Part shown: positions 8,161 to 19,192 of the stretch, piece after piece
Layout: every line of letters begins with the position of its first letter
Position numbering within the stretch: the first letter of the stretch is position 1
Source of the DNA: an uncultured delta proteobacterium
GTDB taxonomy: Bacteria; Myxococcota_A; Polyangia; Fen-1088
Assembly (NCBI GenBank): GCA_963737265.1
Contig: CAVTRY010000016.1
Coordinates: forward strand, 288,001-352,000
Reading direction: 5' to 3'
Length of the DNA stretch: 64,000 nt
Program-made: the position numbers and the translations under genes
The notes under the pieces: generated by a model
Told to the model about the DNA's origin: nothing
What the model saw: the letters and a program-made list of their open reading frames with translations, nothing else
Database searches by the model: none

Positions 8161-11100
8161 CTACTGGTGACACGTCCCCACTGATGTATCGCAGAGATAG
8201 CCGTGCGCAATGTCGCAGGCAGTGTCGTCCGTACAAGAGAGCAGGCAAGAGCCGCCAGAGCAAAGGTAACCGTTACACGACGTCGCTGCTTGCGAGCAGT
8301 TTCCGCCGCTGCAGATCCCGACGGCGACAGTAGATAGATTATCGACGCTACAGCCAGCGGTACCGCACGGCGTGCCCGCGTAGCTTTGGCAAGCCGAGCC
8401 ATCTGACAGGCAGACGCCCTTGGTGCCGCACGGAGGAGAATCCGTGCAGGGCGTGGCACAGCAGATGTTGCCGACACAGGTTCCCGTCGAACAGTCGCCG
8501 TTGGTTTGACAGGCTCCACCGAGACCGCTCTGCGGCTGACATTGGTGAGCGGAACATGTGTAGCCGCTGGGGCAGTCGCTGCTCGTGTTGCAACTATTTC
8601 CGCAGGATCCGCCGGTACAGTGGTCTCCCGGAGCGCAAGGTACGGGGTCTGGAAGAGTACAGCCACCGACGCCATCACACTTTCCGGTTGCGACGCTGTG
8701 GAGGCTGTCGGAACAGGTCGCCGTGCCGCACGTATCCCCTTGGTGAGTCTGACAGCCAGAACCATCAGAGGTACAAGCTGCCTTGGTTCCGCAAGCCACG
8801 TCGGTGCAAACGGCCGCGCAGCACATCTTTCCCCCATTCCCGTCACTGATGCAGTGGCCGCCGGAGGCACAGTTGGCGTTGGTGGAACAAGGTTGCCCGT
8901 TCGCCTCCTTGGCGCAATGGCCATTTATGCATGAATACCCCGCAGCGGTATCGCAATTGGCGTCCATCGTGCAAGTCGTTCGGCAATTACCCCCGGCGCA
9001 GAGGTACGGCGTACAGACTACGGGACTCGCCGCAGTGCAGTTGCCGGCGCCATCACAAGTTCCGGCTGCGATACTGGAGAGGTTGTCGCTGCTACAGCTC
9101 GCCTGTCCGCATGTATCCCCTAGGTGAGTCTGGCAGCTCAACCCACCCGGCGCGCAGGCTGCCTTGGTTCCGCAAGACGCGTCAGTGCAATCGGCCGCGC
9201 AGCACATCTTCCCCCCATTCCCGTCGCTGATGCAAAAGCTGCCGGGGGTGCAGTTGGCGTCCGTAGTACAGGTCTGTCCGTTCCCTTCCTTGGCGCAGAG
9301 ATTATTTATGCATGAATATCCCGCGCTGGTATTGCAACTGGCGTTCGTCTGGCAAGACGTAGCGCAAACTCCGGCCCCAGAACAGAGGTATCCGGGGTTG
9401 CAAGCCACCGGGTTTGGCGTCACGCATTGTCCACCGCCACAGGTTGGCGCTGCGATACTGGAAAGGTTATCGGGGGAGCAGGTGTCCACCCCTGATCCGC
9501 AAGTCTCGCCTGCGGCGTGCGTCTTGCAGGCCGAACCGTCCGGCTTGCAGAATGCCGTGCTTCCGCAGGTGGCGTCCGTGCAACCGGTGTTACAGCAAAT
9601 CTTGAAAGTTCCATTGCTGACGCATGCGCCGCTGGCACAGTCGGAGCTCGCAGAACAAGTCTGGCCATTTGCTTTCTCGCACGTTCCATTGGACGCGCAG
9701 GCGAATCCCGCCGCGCACTGGGCGTTGGCCGTGCACGAGCCCAGGCAGGCATTCGCGCCACAAACGTAGGGCGAGCATGGCGTGGAGCCAGGTCCGTTGC
9801 AACTTCCGGACCCGTCACAGAAACCAGCACCGCCGCTCTGGCTGCCGTTCGCGCACGATATCGTAACATTGCAGGGGGAGCCGACGTCCGCGAGTTTGCA
9901 GGCGCCGGAGCCATTGCACGCGCCGGTGTTGCCGCAAGTCGAGGTTGCCGGACAGAAGGTCGGGTCGCGCGGAGTGCCCCCGGCCGCGATGGACGTGCAG
10001 GTCCCTGACGCACAGGTTTGGCAGGATCCGCCACAGGTCTTGTCGCAGCACACCCCCTGTTGGCCGCATACACCGGCTCCGCAATCACCGTTGGCCGAAC
10101 AAGACTTGCCGGGTTTCTTCTTGCAGCTGCCACTGAAACATCCGTACCCGTTCGCGCCGTCACAGTTCGCGTCGGTCGTACAGGATGTGGCGCAAATCCC
10201 GCCCGAACATGTGTAGCCTGCCGGGCAAGAGGTTGTGCCAAGACAGGATCCGGTGCCGCTGCACAGACCACTGGCCGAGGTCGGCGTGGGACAGCTACCG
10301 ACGCAAGTTCCGTCGGGCGTGTTGGCCGGAACATTGGAACAGGTGCCAACCGATCCGCCCAGGTTGCACGAAGAACAGACCGGGCAGCTCGTGCTCATGC
10401 AGCACACGCCGTCGACGCAATTGCCAGTTCCGCATGCCGCGGCCAAGGTACATATCTGCCCAACGCCGACCTTCGAACAGATCCCGCCGATGCAGCTAAA
10501 GTTGTCCACGGTATCGCAATTCGTGCCCTGGTTCGCCGACGTGCACGCGGTAGCGCAAGCACCGGAAGCGCACATGAACCCGCTCCCGCACGGCGCCGGC
10601 GTGCCAGGCGTGCAGCTCCCTGCGCCGTTGCATTTTCCGCTGCCAGCGGTCGTGTTGACGGCATCGTGGCCATCCGCGCATCCGGCCCCAGGCGTGCAGG
10701 CCGTGCCGTTCCATTTCTCGCAGGCACCGGCCGCAGTGCACTTGCCATCGGTTCCGCAGGTCGTGTTGCCGGTGACGGCGCAAAGATTGTGGGGCTCCGT
10801 GGTTCCGGTACCAACGGTACGACAATTGCCATCGAGGTTCCCCTGGGCGTTGGCGATATTGCACGCCTGACACGTCCCGCAGGATGGAGAGCCACAGCAA
10901 GCGCCGTCCACGCAGTTCCCGCTTGCGCAGGTAAAGCCGTTGGCACAGGCGGATCCGTTCGGTTTGAGCTGGCAGGTGTTATTGATACAGGTATTTCCTC
11001 CGGTTGAATCGGCCGCGCTCGGAGCTATCGAATTGCAGTCGCTGGCGGTGCTGGTGCAACCGGTCTTGCAGGTAGCATTCGCGGCATTGCATTGGAAGTT

Positions 11101-14073
11101 TTGGCAGGACACGGGGCTCCCCGGTGTGCACCCTCCTTTGCCATCGCAAGCGCCCGCGGGAACCATCGCCAACGACTGCGAAACCGTGCCCCCGTTCAAG
11201 GTGCCGGAAACCGGCGGCGCACAGGAGGCAGAGCCACAGGTCGTGCCGGCTTTCCCGAGCTGGCAGCCGCCATTGCCATCGCAACTGCCGGTGTCACCAC
11301 AGGGCGGATTGGCCGGGCAGGTCGTGGTGTCCCGTGGCGTTCCACTCGCAGCGATATTGCTGCAGGTTCCCTTCTTCCCCGAAATCGTGCAGCTCTGGCA
11401 GGCTCCGGTACAGGCCACGTTGCAGCACACGCCCTCGGAGGTGCAGAAGCCGCTGTTGCAGTCGGTGTTGGCCTTGCAGGCCTGTCCATTCGGCAGCGTC
11501 GTGCCGCACTGGTTGTTGACTTTGAGACAGGTCTGCTTGTCGCAGTCCGTGTCCGCCGTGCACGTGGTCTTGCACGACGGGCTGGTCGTGCTGCACACAT
11601 AGGGGTCGCAGCTTTGCGTGGTCGGCGCCGGACAGCTCCCCTTGCCATCGCAGTTGGCTGCGGCGGTGAGCGTGGTGCCCGCGCAGCTTGCCAACCGGCA
11701 GCCCTGCGCGGTCGACCAGGGTTGGCAGGCTCCGGCGCCGTTGCAGGTTCCGGCATTGGAGCAGTCGCCGCCGAGGGCATTGCTGGCGGCACAAAGCTTC
11801 TTCGGATCGGCTCCGCCAACGGGAACCGGCGAACAGGTCCCGACCTTGCCTGAGACCTTGCAACTCATGCACAGCCCGCCGGTTGCGGCATCGCTGCACG
11901 CCTTGTCACAACAGACGCCCTCGGTGCAGATGCCGCTGATGCATTGGGGGCCGTTCGCGCAGGTCTGGCCGTTCGGCTTTTTCCCGCACGAGTTGCCCAC
12001 GCAGGTGTTGGGCGACACGCAGTCAGCGTCTGTCGCGCAGATAGTTTCGCACGCGGCGGAGGCGGAGCTACAGATGAAGGTGCCGCACGGCACGGTCGAC
12101 GGCGTCGCGCAAGTACCGAGACCGTCGCACTTCGAAGCTGGCGTCTCGGAAGAATTTGTCGCGCAGCTGGAGCCTTTGCAATTGAAGCCCTGGGCGACAT
12201 ACGCGCACTTGCCGGATTTGCACGCCCCCGTGGTTCCGCAGGTCGAATTCGCGGTCCCCACGCACAGGCCTTGCGGATCCGACGCGCCGTCGGCAACCGC
12301 GGTGCAATAGCCTAGCGTGGCCGGAAGGTTGCAGGCCATGCAAGCGCCCGTACAGACAGAACTACAACACACGCCCTGCGCACAGATGCCCGACAGGCAT
12401 TCGGTCCCCTTGCCGCACTGCTTCCCGTTCCCCTTGGGTCCACACGAGGCCTTGCTTGTGTCACAGACGCTGGGAGGCGCGCATTGCGAGCTGTCGCTGG
12501 TGCAAGAGTTGTAACAAACCTGACCGTTACAGACGTAGGGATTACACGGGCTCGCGTCAGGCGCCACACACTGGCCGGAGGCATTGCAGGCCGGGGGCGG
12601 CGTGTAGGCACCCAGCACGCAGCTCTGTTGGCCACAGGTGTAGCCGACCGGATATTTCTGGCAGGCTCCGCTGCCGTCGCACTTGCCGTTGGTTCCGCAC
12701 GAGGTCGTGCCCTTGTCGGTGCAAGTAGCGCGCGGATCCGGCAGGCCAGCGGCGACCTCCACGCATTGGCCCAGGGTCGCCGGCAAACCGCAGCTCCGGC
12801 AGGCGCCCAGACAACTACTCTCGCAGCAGTAGCCGTCCACGCACTGGTTCGAGTTGCACAGGCTGGCGTCCTTGCAGGGCTGGCCGTTCGCCATCTTCCC
12901 GGTGCATTTGCCGGTGGTCGGCTCGCAGGCGGTCGTGGGCGCGCAATCCTTGTCCGATTTGCACGAGCTGTTGCACGCGCCGTTACTGCACAGGTAGGGC
13001 GTGCAGTCGACGAGATTGGCCGACTGGCAGGTTCCCCTTCCGTCGCAGGCCTGGGCATTTTCGGACAAGACACCGCCCGAGCAGGTCGCTGGCGCGCAGG
13101 GCGTATTCGCCGGAAATATCGCACAGGATCCGGCCCCATCGCAAAGCCCTGTGGTGCCGCAGGCCGAGGCAAGGGTTGCCGGACACTGATTCCCGGGATC
13201 GGGCAGGCCGAAATCGATGGGCTCGCATATGCCGACCGAGCCCGGCAAATGGCACGAGACGCACGGCCCTGCGCAGGCAACGTTACAGCAGACGCCGTTC
13301 GCAACGAAGCCTGTGACACATTCGGCGCCGCTCAAGGCCGCAGCTCCGTTCAGTTTCTCGCCACAGCTCCCGGCGACACACGCCTGTGTGGGCCCGGCGG
13401 CGCACTGGCTGTTGGCCGTGCATGCGGTCGCGCACAAATTCGTATTCGGGTCGCACGAATAGGGATCGCAGGGCGTGGTCGCGCTCTGTGAACATGAACC
13501 ATTCCCGTCACACGTCATCGCACCGGTGATGGAATCCCCCGAGCATGTTCCCGGCTTGCACTCGGTTCCGACCACGTACTTCCGGCACGCGCCCGCACCG
13601 TCGCAGGTTCCATCTTTCCCGCAGGTAAGCGCCTTGTCCGCCGGACATTCCGACAAATCGCTGGGTTGCACTCCGGCCGGAACTAGGCTGCACACGCCGA
13701 GCGAGCTCGGAAGGTCGCAGCGCTTGCAGGTGTCGGTGCAGGCGTTATTGCAGCAAACTCCGTCGGCGCAAAAGCCTGTCCGGCATTCGCTGTCACAGGC
13801 GCAGGACTCGGATGCGCCCTTCGATTTTGGCGCGGCCGTGGTAACGCACCCGACCGGCGCGTCGGCTGGATGGTCGGCCACCGAGCCGTCTGCGTGACCG
13901 CCGTCACCGCCGTCCGCCGGCTTGGAATCGAAACCGGTATCGCCCTTGTTTCCAGTTTGTGAACTGCCGCAGCCACCGCCGAGCGCCACGACGCATGCCA
14001 GCGCCACGATCACGCCCCGAATGGCCCCAGGTTTCCCGTGCAACCACCGTCTAGTCATGGAATGCGAGTTCAC
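8161..14073 (-). CDS. Giant (~1970 aa) cysteine-rich repeat lipoprotein
   Basis: GTG at 14073 with AGGAGG upstream; hydrophobic signal and lipobox VVALGGG|C; many CxxGxCxxGVCC...C and CxPYxC repeats; no recognisable catalytic domain or C-terminal anchor. Confidence 0.85.
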   Translation of the reverse strand: MNSHSMTRRWLHGKPGAIRGVIVALACVVALGGGCGSSQTGNKGDTGFDSKPADGGDGGHADGSVADHPADAPVGCVTTAAPKSKGASESCACDSECRTGFCADGVCCNNACTDTCKRCDLPSSLGVCSLVPAGVQPSDLSECPADKALTCGKDGTCDGAGACRKYVVGTECKPGTCSGDSITGAMTCDGNGSCSQSATTPCDPYSCDPNTNLCATACTANSQCAAGPTQACVAGSCGEKLNGAAALSGAECVTGFVANGVCCNVACAGPCVSCHLPGSVGICEPIDFGLPDPGNQCPATLASACGTTGLCDGAGSCAIFPANTPCAPATCSGGVLSENAQACDGRGTCQSANLVDCTPYLCSNGACNSSCKSDKDCAPTTACEPTTGKCTGKMANGQPCKDASLCNSNQCVDGYCCESSCLGACRSCGLPATLGQCVEVAAGLPDPRATCTDKGTTSCGTNGKCDGSGACQKYPVGYTCGQQSCVLGAYTPPPACNASGQCVAPDASPCNPYVCNGQVCYNSCTSDSSQCAPPSVCDTSKASCGPKGNGKQCGKGTECLSGICAQGVCCSSVCTGACMACNLPATLGYCTAVADGASDPQGLCVGTANSTCGTTGACKSGKCAYVAQGFNCKGSSCATNSSETPASKCDGLGTCATPSTVPCGTFICSSASAACETICATDADCVSPNTCVGNSCGKKPNGQTCANGPQCISGICTEGVCCDKACSDAATGGLCMSCKVSGKVGTCSPVPVGGADPKKLCAASNALGGDCSNAGTCNGAGACQPWSTAQGCRLASCAGTTLTAAANCDGKGSCPAPTTQSCDPYVCSTTSPSCKTTCTADTDCDKQTCLKVNNQCGTTLPNGQACKANTDCNSGFCTSEGVCCNVACTGACQSCTISGKKGTCSNIAASGTPRDTTTCPANPPCGDTGSCDGNGGCQLGKAGTTCGSASCAPPVSGTLNGGTVSQSLAMVPAGACDGKGGCTPGSPVSCQNFQCNAANATCKTGCTSTASDCNSIAPSAADSTGGNTCINNTCQLKPNGSACANGFTCASGNCVDGACCGSPSCGTCQACNIANAQGNLDGNCRTVGTGTTEPHNLCAVTGNTTCGTDGKCTAAGACEKWNGTACTPGAGCADGHDAVNTTAGSGKCNGAGSCTPGTPAPCGSGFMCASGACATACTSANQGTNCDTVDNFSCIGGICSKVGVGQICTLAAACGTGNCVDGVCCMSTSCPVCSSCNLGGSVGTCSNVPANTPDGTCVGSCPTPTSASGLCSGTGSCLGTTSCPAGYTCSGGICATSCTTDANCDGANGYGCFSGSCKKKPGKSCSANGDCGAGVCGQQGVCCDKTCGGSCQTCASGTCTSIAAGGTPRDPTFCPATSTCGNTGACNGSGACKLADVGSPCNVTISCANGSQSGGAGFCDGSGSCNGPGSTPCSPYVCGANACLGSCTANAQCAAGFACASNGTCEKANGQTCSASSDCASGACVSNGTFKICCNTGCTDATCGSTAFCKPDGSACKTHAAGETCGSGVDTCSPDNLSSIAAPTCGGGQCVTPNPVACNPGYLCSGAGVCATSCQTNASCNTSAGYSCINNLCAKEGNGQTCTTDANCTPGSFCISDGNGGKMCCAADCTDASCGTKAACAPGGLSCQTHLGDTCGQASCSSDNLSSIAAGTCDGAGNCTAASPVVCTPYLCAGGNCRTTCTMDANCDTAAGYSCINGHCAKEANGQPCSTNANCASGGHCISDGNGGKMCCAAVCTDVACGTKAACTSDGSGCQTHQGDTCGTATCSDSLHSVATGKCDGVGGCTLPDPVPCAPGDHCTGGSCGNSCNTSSDCPSGYTCSAHQCQPQSGLGGACQTNGDCSTGTCVGNICCATPCTDSPPCGTKGVCLSDGSACQSYAGTPCGTAGCSVDNLSTVAVGICSGGNCSQAATSCNGYLCSGGSCLLSCTDDTACDIAHGYLCDTSVGTCHQ

Positions 14074-14101
14074 TGGCCGCCTCCTGTAAGTTAGGTCAGT
14101 C

Positions 14102-14120
14102 CTGACGCGCAGCGTTGGCA
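14102..14120. promoter_or_regulatory. Shared upstream motif, copy 1 (CTGACGCGC + AGCGTTGGCA)
   Basis: 9-mer separated from the giant-gene start by 28 nt; the same 9-mer and spacing occur at 15097. Confidence 0.45.
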
Positions 14121-14234
14121 ATCGATCACGCCGATCGCGGACGAACCGGGGTAACGATGTTCCTACTTTCATGCCTGACCGATTGCAAGAGATTATTTTG
14201 TGCCTTCAGGTTTACGGCATACCCGCAGGTCCCT

Positions 14235-15068
14235 TCAGAAGCTGCAGTATCCATATTGATCTCCGTAAGCTGTGCAATCAGCGTTGCTGGCACATGGAAT
14301 GGGCGCTGTACGATCGCAGACGACTCGGCAAAAACCGCCATCAGTACACATAGACCCCCGCAGGCACTCCCGAGAGTAGGTGCAAGGCGAGCCATTCCGG
14401 GTTTGCCCGCTGACGTATTCACAGACCGTCCGATTAGTCGTTGTCTTGGCGACGTTCGTAACCACGTAGCAGGTCTGCTGTGTCAGGCAGCCCTTGTTTC
14501 CAATTGGATCACAACAGGATAATGGACAGATGCCGTACGGAGGATCGCAGACATTGACGGGAGGGGCGGAGCCCGACGCAACCGGACGAGGCGTGCATGC
14601 GACGTTCCCCTTGCAATCGGGGTCACTTCCACAAAGAGAGAAACATTGCGTATTTGATGTTCCACTTGCGCTGAGACAGATTAAGCCAAGGCTGCAGTTA
14701 TCGAACTGATTGGGCTCTCCCGAGTAGGTGACGAGACAGCCTGCCTGACCGACCGTACCCGTGCCACTGGAGGTGCATATGAATTTGCCATCGCCAGCAA
14801 TGGAGCATTTCTCGCCTTGGCACCATTTGCAGGGACCGGTCTGGCACACCGGATCGCATATTCCGTTGCTAGGCGTCGGAGCTGCGCACGCAACGTCCGG
14901 CGCCTGGCAGACCCCGGCATCCACCGTCCCGACATCGGCGTGGGGCCCATCCCGCCCCGCGTCCTGCGCTACGGCCGCATCCTGCGCTGCGATGAGTGGA
15001 AAGTGTGCTCGCATGCACCCCACCACCAAGGCAGGCAGGGCAAGAAGATAGATATGGGATTTTTTCAT
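14235..15068 (-). CDS. Cysteine-rich lipoprotein
   Basis: MKK..LLALPALVVG|C lipobox; CDPVCQTGPC, CCDPIGNKGC and other Cys-rich motifs; co-oriented upstream of the giant gene. Confidence 0.8.
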   Translation of the reverse strand: MKKSHIYLLALPALVVGCMRAHFPLIAAQDAAVAQDAGRDGPHADVGTVDAGVCQAPDVACAAPTPSNGICDPVCQTGPCKWCQGEKCSIAGDGKFICTSSGTGTVGQAGCLVTYSGEPNQFDNCSLGLICLSASGTSNTQCFSLCGSDPDCKGNVACTPRPVASGSAPPVNVCDPPYGICPLSCCDPIGNKGCLTQQTCYVVTNVAKTTTNRTVCEYVSGQTRNGSPCTYSRECLRGSMCTDGGFCRVVCDRTAPIPCASNADCTAYGDQYGYCSF

Positions 15069-15096
15069 GGTCGGCTGTTGGTTGGCGATTCTACGA

Positions 15097-15115
15097 CTGA
15101 CGCGCTGCCAACGCT
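15097..15115. promoter_or_regulatory. Shared upstream motif, copy 2 (CTGACGCGC + TGCCAACGCT)
   Basis: 9-mer 28 nt from ATG 15068; the 10-mer is the exact reverse complement of 14111-14120; minus-strand TAGAAT -10 box at 15093-15088. Confidence 0.45.
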
Positions 15116-15275
15116 AGGGTGCTTCGGCACCTGAGGCAACTTCGAGCACGAAATCGGTGGCGACCGACCACCACCTGGCTGGCTCTCTCGATAGATTGGA
15201 TAGAGGCCTCGCCAGAAACAAAGCAGAAACAAAAATCGATGGTCCAGATTGCGCCGGGCGTTCATGCTGGCCTCG

Positions 15276-15311
15276 TTGCATCTGTTATCACCGAATGATA
15301 GAGTGATAACA
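15276..15311 (+). promoter_or_regulatory. Sigma70 promoter and operator of the RHH-VapC operon (probably leaderless)
   Basis: TTGCAT-N17-TAGAGT with extended TGn, 6 nt before the ATG; perfect inverted repeat TGTTATCAC-N11-GTGATAACA (15283-15311). Confidence 0.7.
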
Positions 15312-15538
15312 TGATTCGGACGCAGATATCCGTGGACGCCGTGGTGTACGCCAAGGCGAAGGGGGTGGCTCGTCACATGGGTATATCCGTGGCGGAGCTG
15401 TGCCGGCGCGGCTTGGAGGAGGTGATCGCGCACCAGCCCACGTCGAAGCCCTGGATGGCGTATGCCGGCATCCTCGAGGGCCGCCCCGAAGACAGCAGCA
15501 CGGTGGACGAGGTCGTTTACGGGCGATCGGAGCCGTGA
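15311..15538 (+). CDS. CopG/ribbon-helix-helix antitoxin (VapB-like)
   Basis: MIRTQISVD...GISVAELCRRGLE RHH pattern; GTGA overlap with the PIN gene. Confidence 0.8.
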   Translation: MIRTQISVDAVVYAKAKGVARHMGISVAELCRRGLEEVIAHQPTSKPWMAYAGILEGRPEDSSTVDEVVYGRSEP

Positions 15539-15945
15539 CCGAGGCGGTGTTTTTAGACTCGGGAATCTTCATTGCGTTCCTGAACCGCCACGACCAGTGG
15601 CACACCCAGGCCAAAGCGCTCTTTAGCCTCGCCCGGCCGCGCTGGAGCACATCCTATCTGGTCGTGAGCGAAGCCTACTCGTGGTTTCTGCATCGCTACG
15701 GCGAGGAGGCGGCTCGATCGTTCCGAGGCTTCGTGGACAAGCTCGACGGCCTCACGATCCACGACGTGACGGCCGAACATCATCGCCAGGTGGGCCGGAT
15801 GCTCGACCGCCTCCGCGGGGCAAAGGTTTCGTACGTGGATGCTTCCAGTCTTTGCCTGCTCGAACGGCACAAGATCAGGAAAGTCTGGTCGACCGACTTT
15901 CACCTCAGCCTCACCGGCGCGCAAGTGGCTCCCCGCCGAGCCTGA
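15535..15945 (+). CDS. vapC: PIN-domain toxin (VapC family)
   Basis: VFLDSGIFIA..D..H, VVSEAY, SYVDASS, WSTDFH PIN residues. Confidence 0.88.
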   Translation: MTEAVFLDSGIFIAFLNRHDQWHTQAKALFSLARPRWSTSYLVVSEAYSWFLHRYGEEAARSFRGFVDKLDGLTIHDVTAEHHRQVGRMLDRLRGAKVSYVDASSLCLLERHKIRKVWSTDFHLSLTGAQVAPRRA

Positions 15946-16023
15946 AGGGCTAGCAGCCGATGTTGGCGCCGAGCCCGTGAGTGCCCCCTCTTCTAGCGAG
16001 GTGTCGGCGGCGGCACAGCTCCG

Positions 16024-16075
16024 CGCCTCTCCCCGACGGGGAGGCCGACGACATCTGCGTCGGCGGGTGAGGGGC
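16024..16075. repeat. REP-like palindromic element
   Basis: CGCCTCTCCCCGACGGGGAGGC...TCTGCGTCGGCGGGTGAGGGGC; the last 22 nt match 3983-4004 with 1 mismatch. Confidence 0.7.
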
Positions 16076-16195
16076 GCGCTTCGCGGTGCTTACATTTCTA
16101 TGCATAGCCAAATTCCTCGGACTCCCCTATTCTCGGGCCTTCGCGGGGGCTTTCGGGCAGCATCGAGGTCCACAAACACTGTCGGAGGTCGTTGA

Positions 16196-17599
<1,404 letters not shown>

Positions 17600-17725
17600 C
17601 TAGCTAGCGTGAGCTTGTCGGAAAATTCGGGCCGCCCGAAGGGCCATAGACATTAACCGACGCCTGACGGAGGAATTCGGCCTATCTGATACCTGTCAAG
17701 CGATGCCTGACGGAGAAATCTGGCC

Positions 17726-17764
17726 CCTTCTCCTCGGTCCGCCGAGGAGAAGGTTGGGATGAGG
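17726..17764. repeat. REP-like hairpin between convergent ompA and gspN; possible terminator
   Basis: CCTTCTCCTCGG-TCCG-CCGAGGAGAAGG perfect 12-bp stem followed by GGGATGAGG. Confidence 0.6.
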
Positions 17765-17827
17765 AGTCCCGAGCCCTGCCGGAACCGGACGAGGAGATTT
17801 CCACCCGCCAACTGAGCGCCCTCGCCT

Positions 17828-19189
17828 TCACAGCGATTCAGTCGGTGGAGGTGGATTGTCGATCGGATTGCGCGGGGGTGGCCCTTGGGGTGGCCCTCCG
17901 CCGCCAGAGGACGCAGCGGGCGGCGGTGCTGACGGCGGCGCGTATGGCGGCGGCAGCGCGTGTGGCGGCGGCGGTGCGGGCACGGGCGCGGACGCGGAGG
18001 CAGGCTCGGGCGCGGGTAGCAGCGCGGGCGCGGGCAGCGGCGCGACCACCACGGGCGCAGGTGGCGGCGGCGCAGGCGCGGGTGGCGGCGGCGCGGGCGC
18101 GGGTGGCGGCGGCGCGGGCGGCAGTATCTCCGGAATCGGGATCGGCGCGGGCGAAGCAGGCGAGGCTGCCGCGAGAGGTGGCGGGGGAGCACCCAGCGCC
18201 GGGCGAACCGGTGGCGTGGGTTTGGCGGGGCTTGCTCCGCTGGCAAAGGGCGAGGTCTGGAGCCACTGCACGCTGCTCATGTTCTGGAAGGTCCCTGTCA
18301 TGCGGAAGCCGATGAAGCCATCGGGACGCTTTCCCATCTGGGCCGTGAAGTCCATGATGGTACGAAGCTTCTCCGAGCTGCGCAGTAAGCTGTCGCTCAG
18401 CTTGAACCGGACGTAAAGATCGACCCTGGACGTTGCTGCCGGCTGGGCGAGGTGGATCTCGCCCTCCACGGTTGCCTCGGCGTCGAGAGACTTGAATTGA
18501 ACGCCCTGCAAACGCCCCACGCCCTTGTCGATGGCGACCTTGCCGCTGACCTCGCCAAGACGAATCTTGGGCAGGCCCAGCCCCTCGGCCAACAGCGGAT
18601 TGCTGGCGATCACCAGCTTCGCCTTGCCGTCGCCCACCGCGCACGCGCGGCAAGCCCAGCTAAGAAGGCCCTTGGCTTCGGAAAGCCGCTGTTTCGGCAA
18701 GGTCAGGTCGAGCTTGAGGTTGAGCTTGCCGGACAAAGGCAAGTTGATCGCGTTCTTGACCCACGGGATTTCCGCCAGATCGATCTCCATGGCGGTCGAC
18801 TGCGCGGAGGTCTCGCTCTTGTCCAGCTTCAGCTTGACGTCGACGTCGCCGCCAAAAAGATCGGCCGACAGGGTGACCGCCCGGGTGCCGCCGACAAACG
18901 ACAGCAGCGACAAACCGAGCGTGGCCTTGTTGATGAGAATGCGCGTCGGTTTGCCGGTGCCGCTGGCACGCGATACCAGCGACACATCCTTGAGAGCCAT
19001 GCCGACGCCCAAGGAAGGGCCCGCGTGCCTCGCCTCCATCTCGTAGCCGAGGCTGGACACCTCGCCGGCAAGGTAGTCCTTGATGCGGTCAAAGGGCAAC
19101 GTCACGTAAAAGACCGTGGCGAAAACCCACAGGCCGAAGCTGACGATGACGCCGACCTTGCCGAGCCGGCGTATTCTTTCACTGACCAT
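17828..19189 (-). CDS. gspN: Type II secretion protein N with Pro-rich tail
   Basis: Last gene of the gsp operon; N-terminal TM then FYVTLPFDRIK; beta-rich body. Confidence 0.75.
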   Translation of the reverse strand: MVSERIRRLGKVGVIVSFGLWVFATVFYVTLPFDRIKDYLAGEVSSLGYEMEARHAGPSLGVGMALKDVSLVSRASGTGKPTRILINKATLGLSLLSFVGGTRAVTLSADLFGGDVDVKLKLDKSETSAQSTAMEIDLAEIPWVKNAINLPLSGKLNLKLDLTLPKQRLSEAKGLLSWACRACAVGDGKAKLVIASNPLLAEGLGLPKIRLGEVSGKVAIDKGVGRLQGVQFKSLDAEATVEGEIHLAQPAATSRVDLYVRFKLSDSLLRSSEKLRTIMDFTAQMGKRPDGFIGFRMTGTFQNMSSVQWLQTSPFASGASPAKPTPPVRPALGAPPPPLAAASPASPAPIPIPEILPPAPPPPAPAPPPPAPAPPPPAPVVVAPLPAPALLPAPEPASASAPVPAPPPPHALPPPYAPPSAPPPAASSGGGGPPQGPPPRNPIDNPPPPTESL

Positions 19190-19192
19190 GGC

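Noticed and set aside
9164-13897. Plus-strand ORFs rich in Gln/His/Pro opposite the giant gene
   Set aside because: Reverse-complement echo of Cys/Gly codons, broken by stops
8161-14073. Calling the giant protein TraA
   Set aside because: No MYXO-CTERM, no recognisable PA14-like domain, and not in an operon with the OmpA gene; analogy only
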